This document shows, one piece after another, positions 1-13,449 of a stretch of DNA of 64,000 nt. Under the pieces are notes generated by a model that worked only from the letters and a program-made list of their open reading frames with translations, was not told where the DNA came from and did no database searches. Position 1 is the first letter of the stretch, and each line of letters opens with the position of its first letter. A program made the translations under genes and the position numbers. This DNA is from Vicugna vicugna (taxonomy: Eukaryota), in assembly GCA_013265495.1 (NCBI GenBank), contig MU058824.1:186001-250000 (forward strand), read 5' to 3'.

Positions 1-1076
1 ATGCTGCCCCCTCCCTCCCAGTCCCAGACAGGAGGCCTGGTCTCTAAGGGCTGGATGCCTGATCTCTTAAAAGCAGGATGGAATGCTGGTCCAGAAAGCT
101 GCTGAGATGGTAGACACTGGCCCCTTCCTGCATACTCTCTTCCAGAACTTCAGAATCCTCTTTTCTCCTCCCAATCCACCTCTTGCCTCTCACTGGCCCC
201 AAACTCCCACAGCAGTTCTCAGTGCTAACTCAGGAACTGTGCTTTTGAATTAACATTCAACAATTTCCTTGGTAACACAACTGACTTATCTGACATGCTG
301 AAATGTACACCCCTGGCCCTGATATTATCCTACTAACTGGCTTTAAATGTGTGACACATATATCCCTGCATGTTATAACCACTCTCCTGATAATGCAGGA
401 ACACTTGTAATCTTAAATGTTACCATACCTAAGAGACACCCAATCTCATGAATCAGAATAGGGAGACTAAATTCTTCACTATTTTCTACTCCCAAGTAAA
501 GATTACTCCTGCAATTTACAGTAGCTACATCACAGTGCCCGTGTGATAATTTAATTAGATAACTCATGCCAACTGTTTGGTACCCAGGGCCTGGTACACA
601 GAAAGTGCTCAAAATTTAGCTATGATCATTTACCCACATTATCTCTCACAATACTACCTGGGGGTAGGCATTACACCAGGCACTCCATCGCCACCATCCC
701 CGCCCCCGCCACCTCACCCCCATTTACAGAAGCAGCATCCAAGGGCTCAGAGTAAAGGTGCTTTCCCAAGGTCAGGCGGGCACCAGTGTGATGCTCGGCC
801 CTCGGCCTCCGAGTGGGGGGTCCCCTCCCATTACACCCTTGGACCGGGCACAAGGAGTCTTAAAGGAGACAAGTACGGAAAAGCGCTGAGCACAGCGCTC
901 GGCATACAGTGGGGACCCTGGGATGGGGAGACCTCGGCACTGCGGGCCATCTGGATTCCTCCCAAGCGGCTCCTCTGTCCCCGGGGATCCAGAGTCCCCC
1001 GACCCTGGGTACGCCGCTGAATCTTCCCGAGGTCCGCACCCTGGAGCTTTGTACGCCGCAGGCCGGCCTCACTCAC

Positions 1077-1330
1077 CAAGTCCCATCGTGGCGCGCGGAG
1101 GCGGCTGCCCGGCCTGCGGGGCAGGGGTCGTAGCGCCTGGGCCGGAAGCCCGCCCTGCTGGCCCCCAGGCCCCCGCGCGCCTGGCCCGCGCCTCCCTCNN
1201 NNNNNNNNNNNNNNNNNNNNNNNNNNNNNNNNNNNNNNNNNNNNNNNNNNNNNNNNNNNNNNNNNNNNNNNNNNNNNNNNNNNNNNGCGGCCACAAAGCC
1301 CAGGAGCCGCCGCCCCCTCGCGGGCCGCCT
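1077..1330 (-). other. MSANTD3: Candidate first exon ending at donor TTG|GTGAGT (intron begins at 1076); 5' limit uncertain, spans an N gap
   Basis: + strand actcac at 1071-1076 is GTGAGT on the - strand, at the edge of the CpG island. Confidence 0.5.
1199..1286. other. Assembly gap (N run) in the GC-rich island
   Basis: Run of n characters. Confidence 0.99.
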
Positions 1331-1984
1331 GCCGCCTGCGGGTCCGCCGGCGCCGAGGAGGGCGGGAGCGCGGCCCCGCGCAGTCCCCACCTCCCCAAGC
1401 CGCGGCCGCTGGCTCCCCTGAGGCTCGGGGCGGGGCGCAGGGGGTACCCCGCCTACCCACCCCTCTCCCTTGCACCGATATCCTTGTGCTCAGAGTTCCT
1501 TCTTCCCACCTTTGCAGACGAGCTCCTGAAGGGCCTGGAAAAAATGTTTCATTTCCATGAACAACAAAAGAATGCATTTGTCTCAAGGGATTTGGCGGCC
1601 AATGACACGAATCAGCTCAGTCCAAGCCCGCTGTCTGAGAAAGGCCCCTTTTCTTTCGGGACACCCTGCTACTTGAGTAGCCAACCCTCTTGTGCTGGGT
1701 TCATCACGGAGTTTTGTTTTGTTTTGTTTTTTAATTTGCGGGATGTGTCTCCCCCTAGGCTGTACCCTTTGCAGCCCAGGACCTGGTTCAGAGGCTGTGG
1801 GCTGAGTAACTGGGAATTTATGCTCAGATGAGTGAATGCACAAAGATCCAACTGTAGCACAAGGCACCTTTTATCATGTCGCCACAAGGATGGGGGCTAG
1901 GTGTTTCTTTTGCCCAGTATCTACTGGGAAGATCCCAACTTCAAAAGGGCGGAGAGGGCTGTTGAACTTTTTCTTGTTTTCTTA

Positions 1985-2650
1985 ATTAAAGTGAAATTCA
2001 CACAACATAAAAATAATCACTTTAAAGTAAACAATCCAGTGGCATTTATTACATTAACAGTGTTGAGCAACCACACCATCTCTACCTAGTTCTGAAACAT
2101 TTTTATCACCCCAGAAGGAAATCTCTCACTCATTAAGCAGTCACTATTCTCTCCTCTCCCCAACCCTGAGTAACCACTAACTTATTTTCTGTCTCTGCCT
2201 ATTCTGGACATTTCATTTCAATGGAATCATACAATATGCAGTCTTTCGTGTCTGGCTTCTTTCACTTAGCATGATGTTTTCCAGGTTCATCAGATTATAG
2301 CATGTATCAGTACTTCATTCCTTTTTATGGCTAAATAATATTCCATTGTATGTATACCACAATGTGTTTTTACATGTCTCCACTGATGGACATTTGTGTT
2401 ATTTCCACCCTTTGACTACTGTCAATAGTGCTGTTCCAAACGTGCCTTTAAATGTATTTGCCTGGGTAACGGTTTTCAATTCTTTGGGGCATATACCTAG
2501 GAGTGGGATTGCTGGGTCATATGGTAATTCTACATTTAACTTTTTGAGGAACTACCAAAAAGTTTTTCCATAGTGGCTAAACGAATGATTTAATATGCAT
2601 ACCAGCAATGTATGAGGGTTCCAAATTCTCCATAACCTCACCAACACTCA
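1985..2650 (-). mobile_element. Old L1M 3' fragment
   Basis: Typical antisense L1 motifs (ggcttctttcacttagcatgatg; ggagtgggattgctgggtcatatggtaattct). Confidence 0.85.
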
Positions 2651-2663
2651 CTATTTTCCATTT

Positions 2664-2800
2664 GTTTTGTTTATTTTGTTTTGGGGGGAGATAATTAGGT
2701 TTACTTATTTGTTTTATTTTTAGAGAAGGTGCTGGGGATTGAACCCAGGACCTTGCATATGCTAAGCATGCACTATACCACTTGAGCTATATCCTCCCCC
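2664..2800 (-). mobile_element. tRNA-derived SINE (Vic-1-like)
   Basis: Reverse complement of A-box (tagctcaagtggtatag) and B-box (gggttcaatcccc); TSD tattttccattt at 2652-2663 and 2802-2813. Confidence 0.9.
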
Positions 2801-5800
2801 TTATTTTCCATTTTTTTGATTCCTTTGATATATGTGAGGTTATTGCCACCCTCCCAGCTTCTATGACCCACAGGTGCACCTGGCTCAGAGGCTGAGAGGC
2901 TGAGCCAGGTCTTTTTGATGACAAGAAACCCTCAAACACTTCTAGGGTTCAGAAGTACCAATAGAAATAAAGACCTTTATTATAACTTAGATTTATACTG
3001 CTCTTTGTTTATTATTTTAACAACTTGTCAGCCATCCAAGTAGCTTTGAAATTTTCCAGAGAATCTGGAAACCAAGACCATCCCAAGGGAGTTGCTGTTG
3101 GCAAACAAACTTTCTGACACTCACCTCACTGGAACCCAAGGCAATGCACCATTTCCACTTATAGTTTTCTACCCTAGTTCCATATTAGACATCCATGAAG
3201 ATTTCCTTCTTAAATGAGGATACAGTCAAGGGAAAATTACTAGAGTGTGAAAACAGAAATTCACTTCAGATTGAAAATATGACTGACAGGTGGTACAGTC
3301 TGGGCAAAACACTGGATTTAACAGACAGACCAAGGTCTGAATCCTGACTTTACTGCTTATATCTTTTTGACCTAAGTTAACTTCCTAAAATCTCAGTTTT
3401 CTCATTTTTAAGGTGGGGATAATGATAGCTACCTGGCAGGGTGGGTGAAAGCTTCTAGTCTTAACTTTGATAACTGATCAGTATCAGTATCGTTGTTGTC
3501 TTGCTTATTTAAAATAATGTTGATTGGCATAAGTCACAGGCAGAAATGTCACTAAGGAAATAGAAAACTCATATTCAATCATGTGTCTCCTCCTCCAATC
3601 CAGAGAGTAAACTATCTCCAAAACTAAATTGACAAGGGTATCTTGTGATGAGTGTGATGTGGTCACTGCCCTCCCAGCTCTCTCCTTGTTCCCTAACTTA
3701 GCTCCCTCCTTGTTCCCTGCCTTTGGATAAACTTCTTAACCTTTCTGAGTCTTATCTGTAAAGTCACATAAAATACTTACTTAATAGGGTTGTTTGAGGA
3801 TTCAATAAGGTATTGTATTTGTAAAGGACTTAGGAAAGTGCAAGTTACATAGAAAATATTCAATAAATGTTAGTTACTATTTATTATTAATAATAAAGCT
3901 GTTGTAACTTCTCTTCAGAAAGAGTTAACAGAAGGGTTGAGTCTACACAGAGTCTAATAAAAGGAAGCCATAAAAGAGAACCCATCCATGTGACATGTCC
4001 CTTCCTCAAGATCAGGAGGTCCATCTCTACAATGGAGATGAGTGAGGCACTGTACTCTGATGGCTTGTTGAGAATAACTCTCAAAATAGTCTCCCCTCTG
4101 CTCAGATCCAGTCTCACCAAACAGTCTTGACGTAGGAGTTGGTTCCTACAGAAGTTTTCTTAAGGGAGGGAAAATGCACTCATCATCCAATCTGAATATT
4201 CCAGAGTTCTGAGAAAATACAATTCTCTTGGTAAATTAATACACTGGGGTTTATTTTATCCATCCGTTTTGACTGGCCAGATTCAGTCTCCCTAAAATCA
4301 AATTAAGTGTGGACATTAGAGACTACTTTCATCAGGTTCTTTTAGGGGTAAGGAACAGAGATTCATTCAAACTCGCTAAAGGGAAAGGTGTTTATTGAAT
4401 TTTAGGTGAATTGAAAGATAGGAACAATCCAAGTTAAGCAGGGCCTCGCAGGAACCTAAGAGCCACTAGGAACCAATTTTTTTCTCTCTCTCATTTGAGG
4501 TCAGTGTGACTTTCTATGTCTCTGCCTCTCTGCCTTTGTCTCTCAGTCTCCTTGTCTCATTACACCTTTGTGTCTGTCTGTATATGTGCTCCTTCTTCCC
4601 TACCTCCCAGCCTGCTCCCTCTGCTTACTCATCTGCACGTGGCCATCATGGACCCCTAGCCTAGGGTAGAAACCTTCTCCATGTCTCTTGGTTCATATTT
4701 ACCACCCCTCCCCCAACACACACACAAAAATGTGATTGACCCAGCTCATTATTTTAAGACAGGATGCAAGCAGGCAGTCTATGAAATGACTGCTTTTGGA
4801 TGAGGAGTCTGCTTTAACTCAATCAGCTGTTATGGGATGGCAGAGAGGTGTCATCTGGTACAAAAAATACCACCCAGCACAGCAGAGACTAGGAGTAGGG
4901 GTATTCATCAGAAGCTGGCACTGAAATCATTCTATTAATAGGACCATACTTTCTAAACCAAGTATCAGAATAAATAGTATAAAAAGTATTTGCAACCCAC
5001 TCTCTAATGGTAGACGCTGTCTGAGGTAGAGTTCAGAGTTTGAAATATTAGAACTTCTGAAGCATTTTGATAGCCAATGACAATAATGAATCAAGATTTT
5101 TGAAATTGAGATTTTCTTGAAAAATCTTAGTTGCTATAAAACAGTGAGTGATCTTAAAGAGCAGAACACCTATGTCATAGAATTGTTAACAGGATTGTTG
5201 ACACACACACACACATACACATATAAATCACTTTAGTAGTTCCTATGTAAGTATTAACTATTACTATCACATAATGGAAGACTCAATAATCCTTAATCTA
5301 TGGTTACCTCACTAAGATACAGCTATACTGTTAGGCAATCTCTGGCTGCTAGTCAATCTGTCTCTTGGCACACTTCTTTTTAAATATAACATCAAACACC
5401 AGACAAGCAGGAGGATAGATTTAGGAAGCTTCAGGGACTGGCAGTGATGCCTCCTAGGATTTTACCTTACTGAGTGCACAGAGTTGATTTTCTATCTGGA
5501 CATCCCCTTTCCTAAATTGAAGAAGGGTAGACTATTCTTCAGATGGCTAGACAGATCCAAATATTTAACTTTTGTAAGACATGGGCATTGAGAAAAACAA
5601 AAACCGCCTCAACCTACACAATCCAGTTGTCCAGGGAAAGAAGGGGAGGCGAGGAGCCTGGAGTGCTGAACGAGAGGGTACAGATAGAGCAGTTAGAAGA
5701 CCAAAAGCTAGTGCTGAGAGAGCAACCTAGAGGAGTGCCAGGTCAGAAAGCGATGGGGGAACAGGGCCAGCATGAAATCCAGGCTGCATGAAAATTTCAG

Positions 5801-6634
5801 AACTCATGGACTTCAAATGCCTACATTCTACCTATCCCTGAAACGCATCTCGGTTCCTTTAAAGTGGCTGGGTTGGCAAGCTCCTGGCCACTGGAACTGC
5901 CACAGCAATTTGACAAGGAGGTGGTTTTGGTGAACATGCTGTTGGTACCTAGGTATACTAGTTGCTTATTGCTGTGTAACAAATTACTCCAAAGTTGAGA
6001 GGTTTAAACCAACAAAAATGTATTATCTCACAGTTTCAGGTCAGCAAGCAGCTTACTAAAGAGTTCTGTCTTGGAGTCTCTCATAAGGTCACAGTTAAGA
6101 GGTCAGATGGGGCAAGAGGCAGGTTCCAGTTTGTCCTCGAGGGTCCCAGGGTTCTTTATGAGCCCACGTTTGTTCTCGAAGGTTCTAGCTTGTTTTTGAT
6201 CTCGTCCACACCCAGCTTCCCAACTGCAGTCTGGCTGACCTACAGCAACTTCAGGCTCAACATGAGACTCAAGGCCACAGCAGCCTGCACAGACTTTTCT
6301 ACTGGCTGTCACAGCTGCACAAGGTCTAACCCCTTCTAAATGTCAGCAGACACTACTTTTCATAAAGCTGCTTGAAACTGTTCTGTATTTCTCGACCTGC
6401 TTTGCCACTAATAGGCTGTGAAACCTTGGGGAAGAGGTTTAGTGTCTGAAAAATGAAGTTTGGTTTAGCTCCCTAGTGGTTGCTTCAATATTAGTTGCTA
6501 CTACTCTCGTCTTTTCACCGTCAAATTTCTAACTCAGCAATTTCACTTTCAGGTGCCTCTCCTAGAAAACTATTTGCTTGTGATTACAAAGAGGTATGTT
6601 CACTGCAGCTTTGATAATGGAAAGTAAAGGAAGA

Positions 6635-6750
6635 TACAGAGAGAAGAGAGAGGAAGAGAGAGACACGGGGAGAAGGAGAGAGAAAGGAAGGATGGAAGGA
6701 AGAAAAGAGAGAGGAAGAAGGTGGAGGAGGAGGGGGAGGAGGAAAGAAAC
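6635..6750 (+). repeat. Purine-rich (GA/GGA) low-complexity tract
   Basis: About 115 bp almost entirely A/G. Confidence 0.85.
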
Positions 6751-8785
6751 ATTGGAAGCAACCTAAAGGTCCATTAATAGGGAATGCTTCAATAAACTAT
6801 GGTATTTTATAGGACTGACAAAGCATTGTATGATGTAGCTTTTTGTTTGCTTATGTTTCATTTATTTTATTTTACCAAGTCATTTGACTTCACAATTTTA
6901 AACCTTGTGAACACTTTAGTCCTGGGCATATTGTCACCCAAGGACATTTTAATCCAACAAAGAGCTTTCTCTTACCTCTATAGTAAATATGAGTAGTTAG
7001 TACTATAGGCAGAGCTAAAAAAGCAATAGACCAGTGGACGACGACAAGAAAATATTATTCCTCTGGAGCATCTGAAAGAATTTGCTTACACTATCCTCAT
7101 AAATTAATTAAGAATTAAGTATAAAATACCAGTATTTTGTCCAGTTCACAATAAATATTTCTGATATTAATAATACAAAATAAAATTGACTATGGCTAAA
7201 ACTGCACATGGCAAATGTCAGATCTGCTAACTTTGACTTGGGAAAACAGAACTTGCTAGAAATACGGATCATAAACTAGCACTCAAAATGTCAGAAAAGC
7301 TAATCAATTAAATTTAAAATAGAAATTTTCATAGAAAAGAATGGATCCTACTAATTCTATTAGTTATACTTTCAGTAAAATAAAAATCAAAAATTTGGAA
7401 ATATTTAACTGTGTTAAATTAATTAATTTAATTAATTGAGTGTAATAGAGTTGACTCCAGAAAATATGTTCTCAACAAAAATTTGTGAATGATCCTGTAA
7501 TTCTCATTGACATCCTTAAGTTCTTAAATTTGTAATCAAAATGTCCTTAAGTCAAAAGAATAGAGTAAAAATTGCAGGGTCAAAATCCTGGTGTTAAAAA
7601 AATCCTATTTCTCTCCATAGACTCTATGCTCCTGCATAATTATTCTTAGTTCTTGGAGTTAATTCTTACAACCAGTGGTTTGAGAACCACTTCTGCAGCT
7701 AGATAAGAAAGGAGGGTCCAGTACATACCAATCAAAATCCCCAAGGAATTTTTCATGGAATTTGATGTTGATTCTACAATCTGCCACAGAAAATGTTCAA
7801 GAATAGTGAAGAAAATTTAACTTTACTCTTTTGATCAGAGTTAAGACTTGTCCTACCAGATAACAAAGTATTCCATAAACCTATAGAAAATAAATCTGCA
7901 TGTTGCTATACAGGAATAGACAATTAAATCCAAGGAATAAAATAGAGCCCAAACAGATTCTCGGACATGTGGGAATACCATGCGTTTAAAGCATAAGGGA
8001 AGGATTGATTAGTCAGTCCACAAATGAGGTTGAGATAATTAGCTATCCATTTACAAAGAGATAACATTTCCACTCTACATCATATGAAAAATTCCAGATG
8101 AATAATAAAGCCACACATAAAAGAAAATTACACAATTATTAAATAATACACAAAATTTATTTATATTATCAGAAAAGGAAATACTCTTTTATATAAGATA
8201 AAAAAGCAAAGAAATATGAGAAAAGATTGATAAATTTAACTATGTAAAAATTGACTTCTACACACATAGTGCTCAGATCTCAGATTTTAATACCATTTCC
8301 CAATCAAAGGAACCAGGGTTTCCTGGAGAAATGGCTGGTTCTAAGATTGTGGTAGGAAATATGTAAGATGAGCTTGGAGAATTCCGTAGTTCCAGAAAAT
8401 AAGGAAGATTTAAAATATACACAACCCAACACACATACACACAAACAATTATGGGAGTGGGTCAAAGAGACACAGGAGTCAATTGAAAGAGCACCACTGG
8501 CCAAAGTCGTAACAATTTGAGTAATAATATAAATAAAGTAGTACTGAATTATAACCCAAAATATAAAATAAATAACCGTAAGTCCATACATACAGATAAA
8601 TGATTTAATAAATAAACAAATGATGGAGAATAGACAAATCTACTCTATTGACAAAGTCATTAAAAAGTAGGAAAGTCTGGGAAAATTTCACAGCCAAGAG
8701 AAGCATCAGGACTTGATGGTTAAATATAATAATATGCTGTTGTGAATGGGACCTTGCAACTAAAAAATGACACTAGGGGAAAACT

Positions 8786-8976
8786 AAAGAAGTCTGAATA
8801 CAATACTGGAATTTGACACAACATTGTAAAATGAGTATAACTCAATAAAAAATGTTATAAAAAATAAAAAACAAAGAAGTCTGAATACAATACTGGAATT
8901 TGACACAACATTGTAAAATGAGTATAACTCAATAAAAAATGTTATAAAAAATAAAAAACAAAGAAGTCTGAATACA
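8786..8976 (+). repeat. Two identical 87-bp tandem units (17-bp TSD + 70-bp L1 3' tail), closed by a third TSD copy
   Basis: aaagaagtctgaataca at 8786, 8873 and 8960; the spacer matches the L1 tails at about 35277 and 43960. Confidence 0.92.
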
Positions 8977-10009
8977 GTATGAGCTTTAGTTAATAATAAC
9001 ATATCAATGTTGGTTCATTAATTGTGACAAAGTTTCTATGCTAATGTAAGATGTTAACAATAGAAGAAACTGAGAACGGAGGTATATGGGAACACTGTAC
9101 TATCTTTAGTTCACTGTGACCTTGACATTGTCAAGGAGTGAGTATCAGTTACATACTTCATAGGATGTCCCTTAGTTTTCCTCAATATTAGACTGGAGTT
9201 ATGGATTTCAGGGAGGGCATTAGTTATTAAATTTTTTTAATGTGCTGTTCTAAGTATCTAGAGAAATATTATTTGCACATACGGGAAAAAAGGGCATGAA
9301 AAAGTGTTTACTGAAGCATTATTGGAAAAGGAAGTAAAAATGTAACATCTCATGATAGGGAAATGATTAAACTATGGAATAGCCATAGTGTAGAACATCC
9401 TATTTCATAGGCTTCAGGAGTCATCAATTATAGAGATCATTACTTTAGTATCATTAAGAAAGAAAAATGCTCTTAATTAAACTATGACACAAATCTTTCT
9501 TATCATTAATAATTTTTATTTTATAATTATTCAAAAAGCCAAATGAGACTTAAGACATAGATTTTTAATCCCATATCATCCTCATGCATACATTAAAATG
9601 AAAGTATTCATAAAATAAATTGATTAGGGCATATCTAAATTTTCTTCTCAGAGTCTGAACCTTCTGAATCATGTTTAGATTCAGAATTATCAATATTCCA
9701 GGCTGCCAACATCCATTCTGCAAGTTTTGAAGCATATTCAGCAGGCAATGACAACTACATCCCTATTATTGCCTAGCTAACAGGAATTGTAAGGTGCATA
9801 CCAATTTTAGAGATAATAAAATGTGAATGAAAAAGTGTGCCTTAGAATAATGAAACAAGGGTATTATGCAGCAGCTAAAGGAACCAAGGAAGTTTCTTAT
9901 ATGCCATCGAAAGTTCTAATTCATATTGATAAGGAAAACTAGCAAGTTGCAAAAAATATATACAGTGTGAGTTCATTTATGGAAAAAGCAAAATCAACCT
10001 CTATATTTT

Positions 10010-10445
10010 TGTGGCAGACACTGAAAATTTGGTTACCCAAAAGATATTCTCAACTCTTTTTACTATGCCATTCTATACTTTAGATACTTGAAAGGTAAGT
10101 TACTTTCTTAGACTCCCCTGTTGATGGATGGGTCATGTGATAGAGTCTAGCCAGTAAGCTATAGGCAGATGTTTTGGGAGGCTTCCTTTCTTGAATTAAA
10201 ATATAAAATATCACACAGTGACTTTTGTCCTTTCCTGTCTAGTATGTGGACACATTTTTAGAGAAGCAGCAATCACCTTGTGACCATAAAGACAAATCTG
10301 TGAAAGAGGAAACAAAAAGAGTCTGGGCTCCTGATGACATCACTGAGCTGCCCTGAGCTGCCCTTGGACTTCCTTTCAAATGAGACTGATGAACTGCTTT
10401 CTTTTGTTGGGTATTCAGTTGGCTGAATAAAGTTCTAATTGCAAC
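10010..10445 (+). mobile_element. Old MaLR (MLT1-type) LTR
   Basis: Starts tgtggcagacac; MLT1-like segments (gcagcaatcaccttgtgaccat; cctgatgacatcactgagctg). Confidence 0.55.
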
Positions 10446-11479
10446 AAGTCAGTATAGAGATAGATTTTTAAATATCTGAACAGAATGCACACTAAATTGG
10501 TAAGTAGAGCTGAGAGTAGAATTGGGAGAGGATGTTGGGGGACTTTAACTTCATTTGATTTTTTAACAACATAAAGGTGTTCACATATCACATAAGTAAC
10601 TAAAAAAATTATTTTTGTAAGATTTATGTCAGAAATGAGAATTGCTGACAAGAAAGGAGCTTACAATGGGGGCAGCATCTCAAGCTGAGATCTTTTTTCA
10701 AATGATTGAACTCCAGAAAAGACAAAAAGTTTTTCCACTGGGCTATCGGTTTACTATCCGTTCAAAAAAATTAATCTGGCTAGCTTTATTTGTTTTCAGA
10801 GAGTGCAGGCTTCCTCATAGTGCATACCCATTCCTTTTCTAAAGGCTCACAAACTACCTTTGATATGATCCATCCTGGGTTTGTATTGGTGCTCTCAGGA
10901 AAGGTCAAGATTACAACTCCCTTCTTCAAGATCTGCTTTTTTCTCCTTTCTAAAATCAGAGCATATTCTGGTCTTTAATTTCCTGTTACTTCTCATTTTC
11001 TCTGATATTTCCCAAAGATTACCAGCATAACAGTTTCATACAAAAGATCCTGGCACACACACACACAAAAACACATCATGATGATTATTATGCTGTTAAT
11101 ATTGATGATAGTAATGGACTTACCATTTACTGGGCATTTTCTGCGTGCCATGTACTGTGCTAAGTAAGCATTTTACACACACTGTTTCATGTAATCGTCA
11201 CAGAAACCCTGTGAGGCTCCATTTTATAGAGGTAAACACTGAAGCTTGGGCAGGTAACTTGCCTAAGGCCACACAAAGGCACACAATGTCACAACAGACT
11301 GGGACTTGCAAAGAACCAGCTATTGACCACCAAGCTGACTTGAAAAAAAAAGCAAAATCAGTGTAAGTGTAAACTCAGGTCAGTCCCCAACAGGTTCTCT
11401 CAGAGTACCCTGGAAATACCCACTAAACGGCCCCTCCTCCACTACGCCAGGGGAGCCAGAGCTGAGTGCCGTTCTGATC

Positions 11480-11960
11480 CTTTCCGTATTTCCCTCATCA
11501 CCTCTATCTGAGCTCTGCAGGCTCCGCCCCTCCTCTAGCCGGTAGCACCTCCTGCGCAAGCGCACTGTGGCCCGGAACTTTACTGCCCCGAGAGTCCCCG
11601 CGTGCGGCGGCGCCCGTGCGGAGGGAGCGCGCCGAGCGGGTCCGCACCCGGAGGTGGGCGGGGCTTCCGACTTGGCAGCGGAGTGGCGCGGGTTTTGGAG
11701 CCTCCGTGTTAGGGGCGGAGTTAGGGTTAGCGGAATGAACGGCGCGGAGATTATACGGATTATACTCGCCGGGAAGAAGCCACAAGAGGTTTCCATTGCA
11801 CAAGTGGTTCATCCACCCATCCATTTATTCCAGAAATGTGTGTTAGTGGCCACTGAGTGCGGGCACCCCATGGCATGAAGACTGCCCTCCCAGGGCTTCC
11901 GCACTTGACCGATAGAAGAGAACGTGCGAGAGCTGGTGAGGGGGCTACCGGGAGACCTGA
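11480..11960. promoter_or_regulatory. Orphan CpG island / promoter-like element
   Basis: CpG-dense patch in AT-rich DNA; NRF1-like TGCGCAAGCGCA (11553-11564), GC boxes (gggcgggg about 11656, ggggcggag about 11712), ETS cores (ccggaa, cttccg). Confidence 0.75.
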
Positions 11961-12364
11961 GAGATGTTCCTTGAACCCCACACCCAACATTCACACAAGA
12001 GAATTCCTAATACTGTAGGAGGACAAATGGGCCCAGGTAAGTTCACATCTACCTTCGGGAAGTGGCCCGCAGGTTGTCTCTAGGCTTGTCAGTCCATTCT
12101 CTTCTGTTCTCCAGGGCACTTGTACTTACCCAATCCGGACTTCTTTCTGAGTCCTGTCAGTCCTGCTTTCTAGACGCTTACACTCAAGCAGGGTTAGAAT
12201 GCTCCACCGTGATATAAGATGAGGAAAACAGGTACTCAACAGAGGCGCAAATAGCGAGAGATGGGGCTATAGAAAGCAAACGATTAATCCTCACACTGGT
12301 CCCTAGAATTATCACGAAGGAACTAGGTGATTCAGAGAAACTAGGTGATGATAGAACCACTGTT

Positions 12365-13285
12365 TAGAATAATTGACAAATATGGTTGTATATACTTAAA
12401 GTGTACAATGAGAAGATTTGATATATTGTGGAATGATGACCAAGATCAAGATAATTAACACATCCACCACCTCACATAATTAACTTTTTGTGATGAGAAT
12501 GCTTAAGATCTACTGTCTCAGGAGTTTTCAAGTATACAATACCATATTATTAACTATAGTCACCGTGCTGTACGTTAGTCTCAGAACTTAATCTTCTTAT
12601 AACCAAAAGTTGTACTCTTTGACCTACATCTCCCCATTTCCCCCTCACCCTAACCCCTGGCAACCACCACCCTATTCTCTGTTTCTATGAAATTGGCTTT
12701 TTTTTTTTAAAGTTTCCACATATAAATGGCACTGTACGATATTTGTCTTTCTCTCTGGTTTATTCATTTAGCATAACGATCTCCAGGTTCATCCACGTTG
12801 CCACAAATGATGAGATTTCCTTCTGTTTCATGGCTGAATAATAATTTACTGTCTATATTATACCACATTTCCTTTACTCATTCATCCATCAGTGATGGAT
12901 GTTGTTTCCATATCTTGGCTATTTAGGTGTTTCTGTATCTTGGTTATGGTGAATAAAGCTGCAGTGAACATGGGTATACATATATCTCTTTGAGATACTG
13001 AGTTTATTTCCTTTGGATAGATACCAAAGGAAGGAGATTGCTGGATCATATGGTAGCACTATTTTTAATTTTTTGAGGAACTTCCATACTGTTTTCCATA
13101 ATGGCTGTCCCAGTTTATATTCCCACCAACAATATACAGTGTCTGTTTTCCATACCCATTGCAAAATTTGTTCTCTCTTGTCTTTTTTATTATAACCAAA
13201 CTAACAAGGGTAAGGTGATATCTCACTGTGGTTTTGATTTTCATTTCCCTGATGATTAGTGATGTTGAGCACCTTTTCATATCTG
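12365..13285 (-). mobile_element. L1 3' fragment (ORF2 C-terminus + 3'UTR)
   Basis: Minus-strand ORFs resemble L1 ORF2 ([37 protein letters not shown]). Confidence 0.9.
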
Positions 13286-13449
13286 AATGTCTCCTTTGAA
13301 CTCATCACGTTCTAAACACCTACAAATCTTTTAGATCTCAGATTCAATATCACGTCTCAAGAGAAAACTTCTCCGATTCCCAGACCAGATCGTTATAAAG
13401 ATAAATTCTGGCAAATAAGCATGATTAAAGCAAGGAAGTGCATGTGTTT

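Larger units (their letters stand above)
780..1480 (-). promoter_or_regulatory. MSANTD3: CpG island / promoter, probably of MSANTD3 (transcribed leftwards)
   Basis: Very GC- and CpG-rich with GC boxes (gggcggggc about 1427-1437). Identity is inferred only from recalled mammalian synteny (TEX10 and MSANTD3 lie head-to-head); no MSANTD3 coding sequence is in the window. Confidence 0.6.

Noticed and set aside
577..1831. Long overlapping ORFs (147-302 aa) over the first CpG island
   Set aside because: Pro/Arg/Gly/Ala-rich products of GC-rich stop-poor DNA, several spanning an N gap; no recognisable protein.
8786..8976. Repeat-spacer-repeat pattern resembling a CRISPR array
   Set aside because: Mammalian DNA, identical spacers derived from L1, no cas genes.
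11380..11994. ORFs over the orphan CpG island
   Set aside because: Low-complexity GC-driven frames with no recognisable domain.
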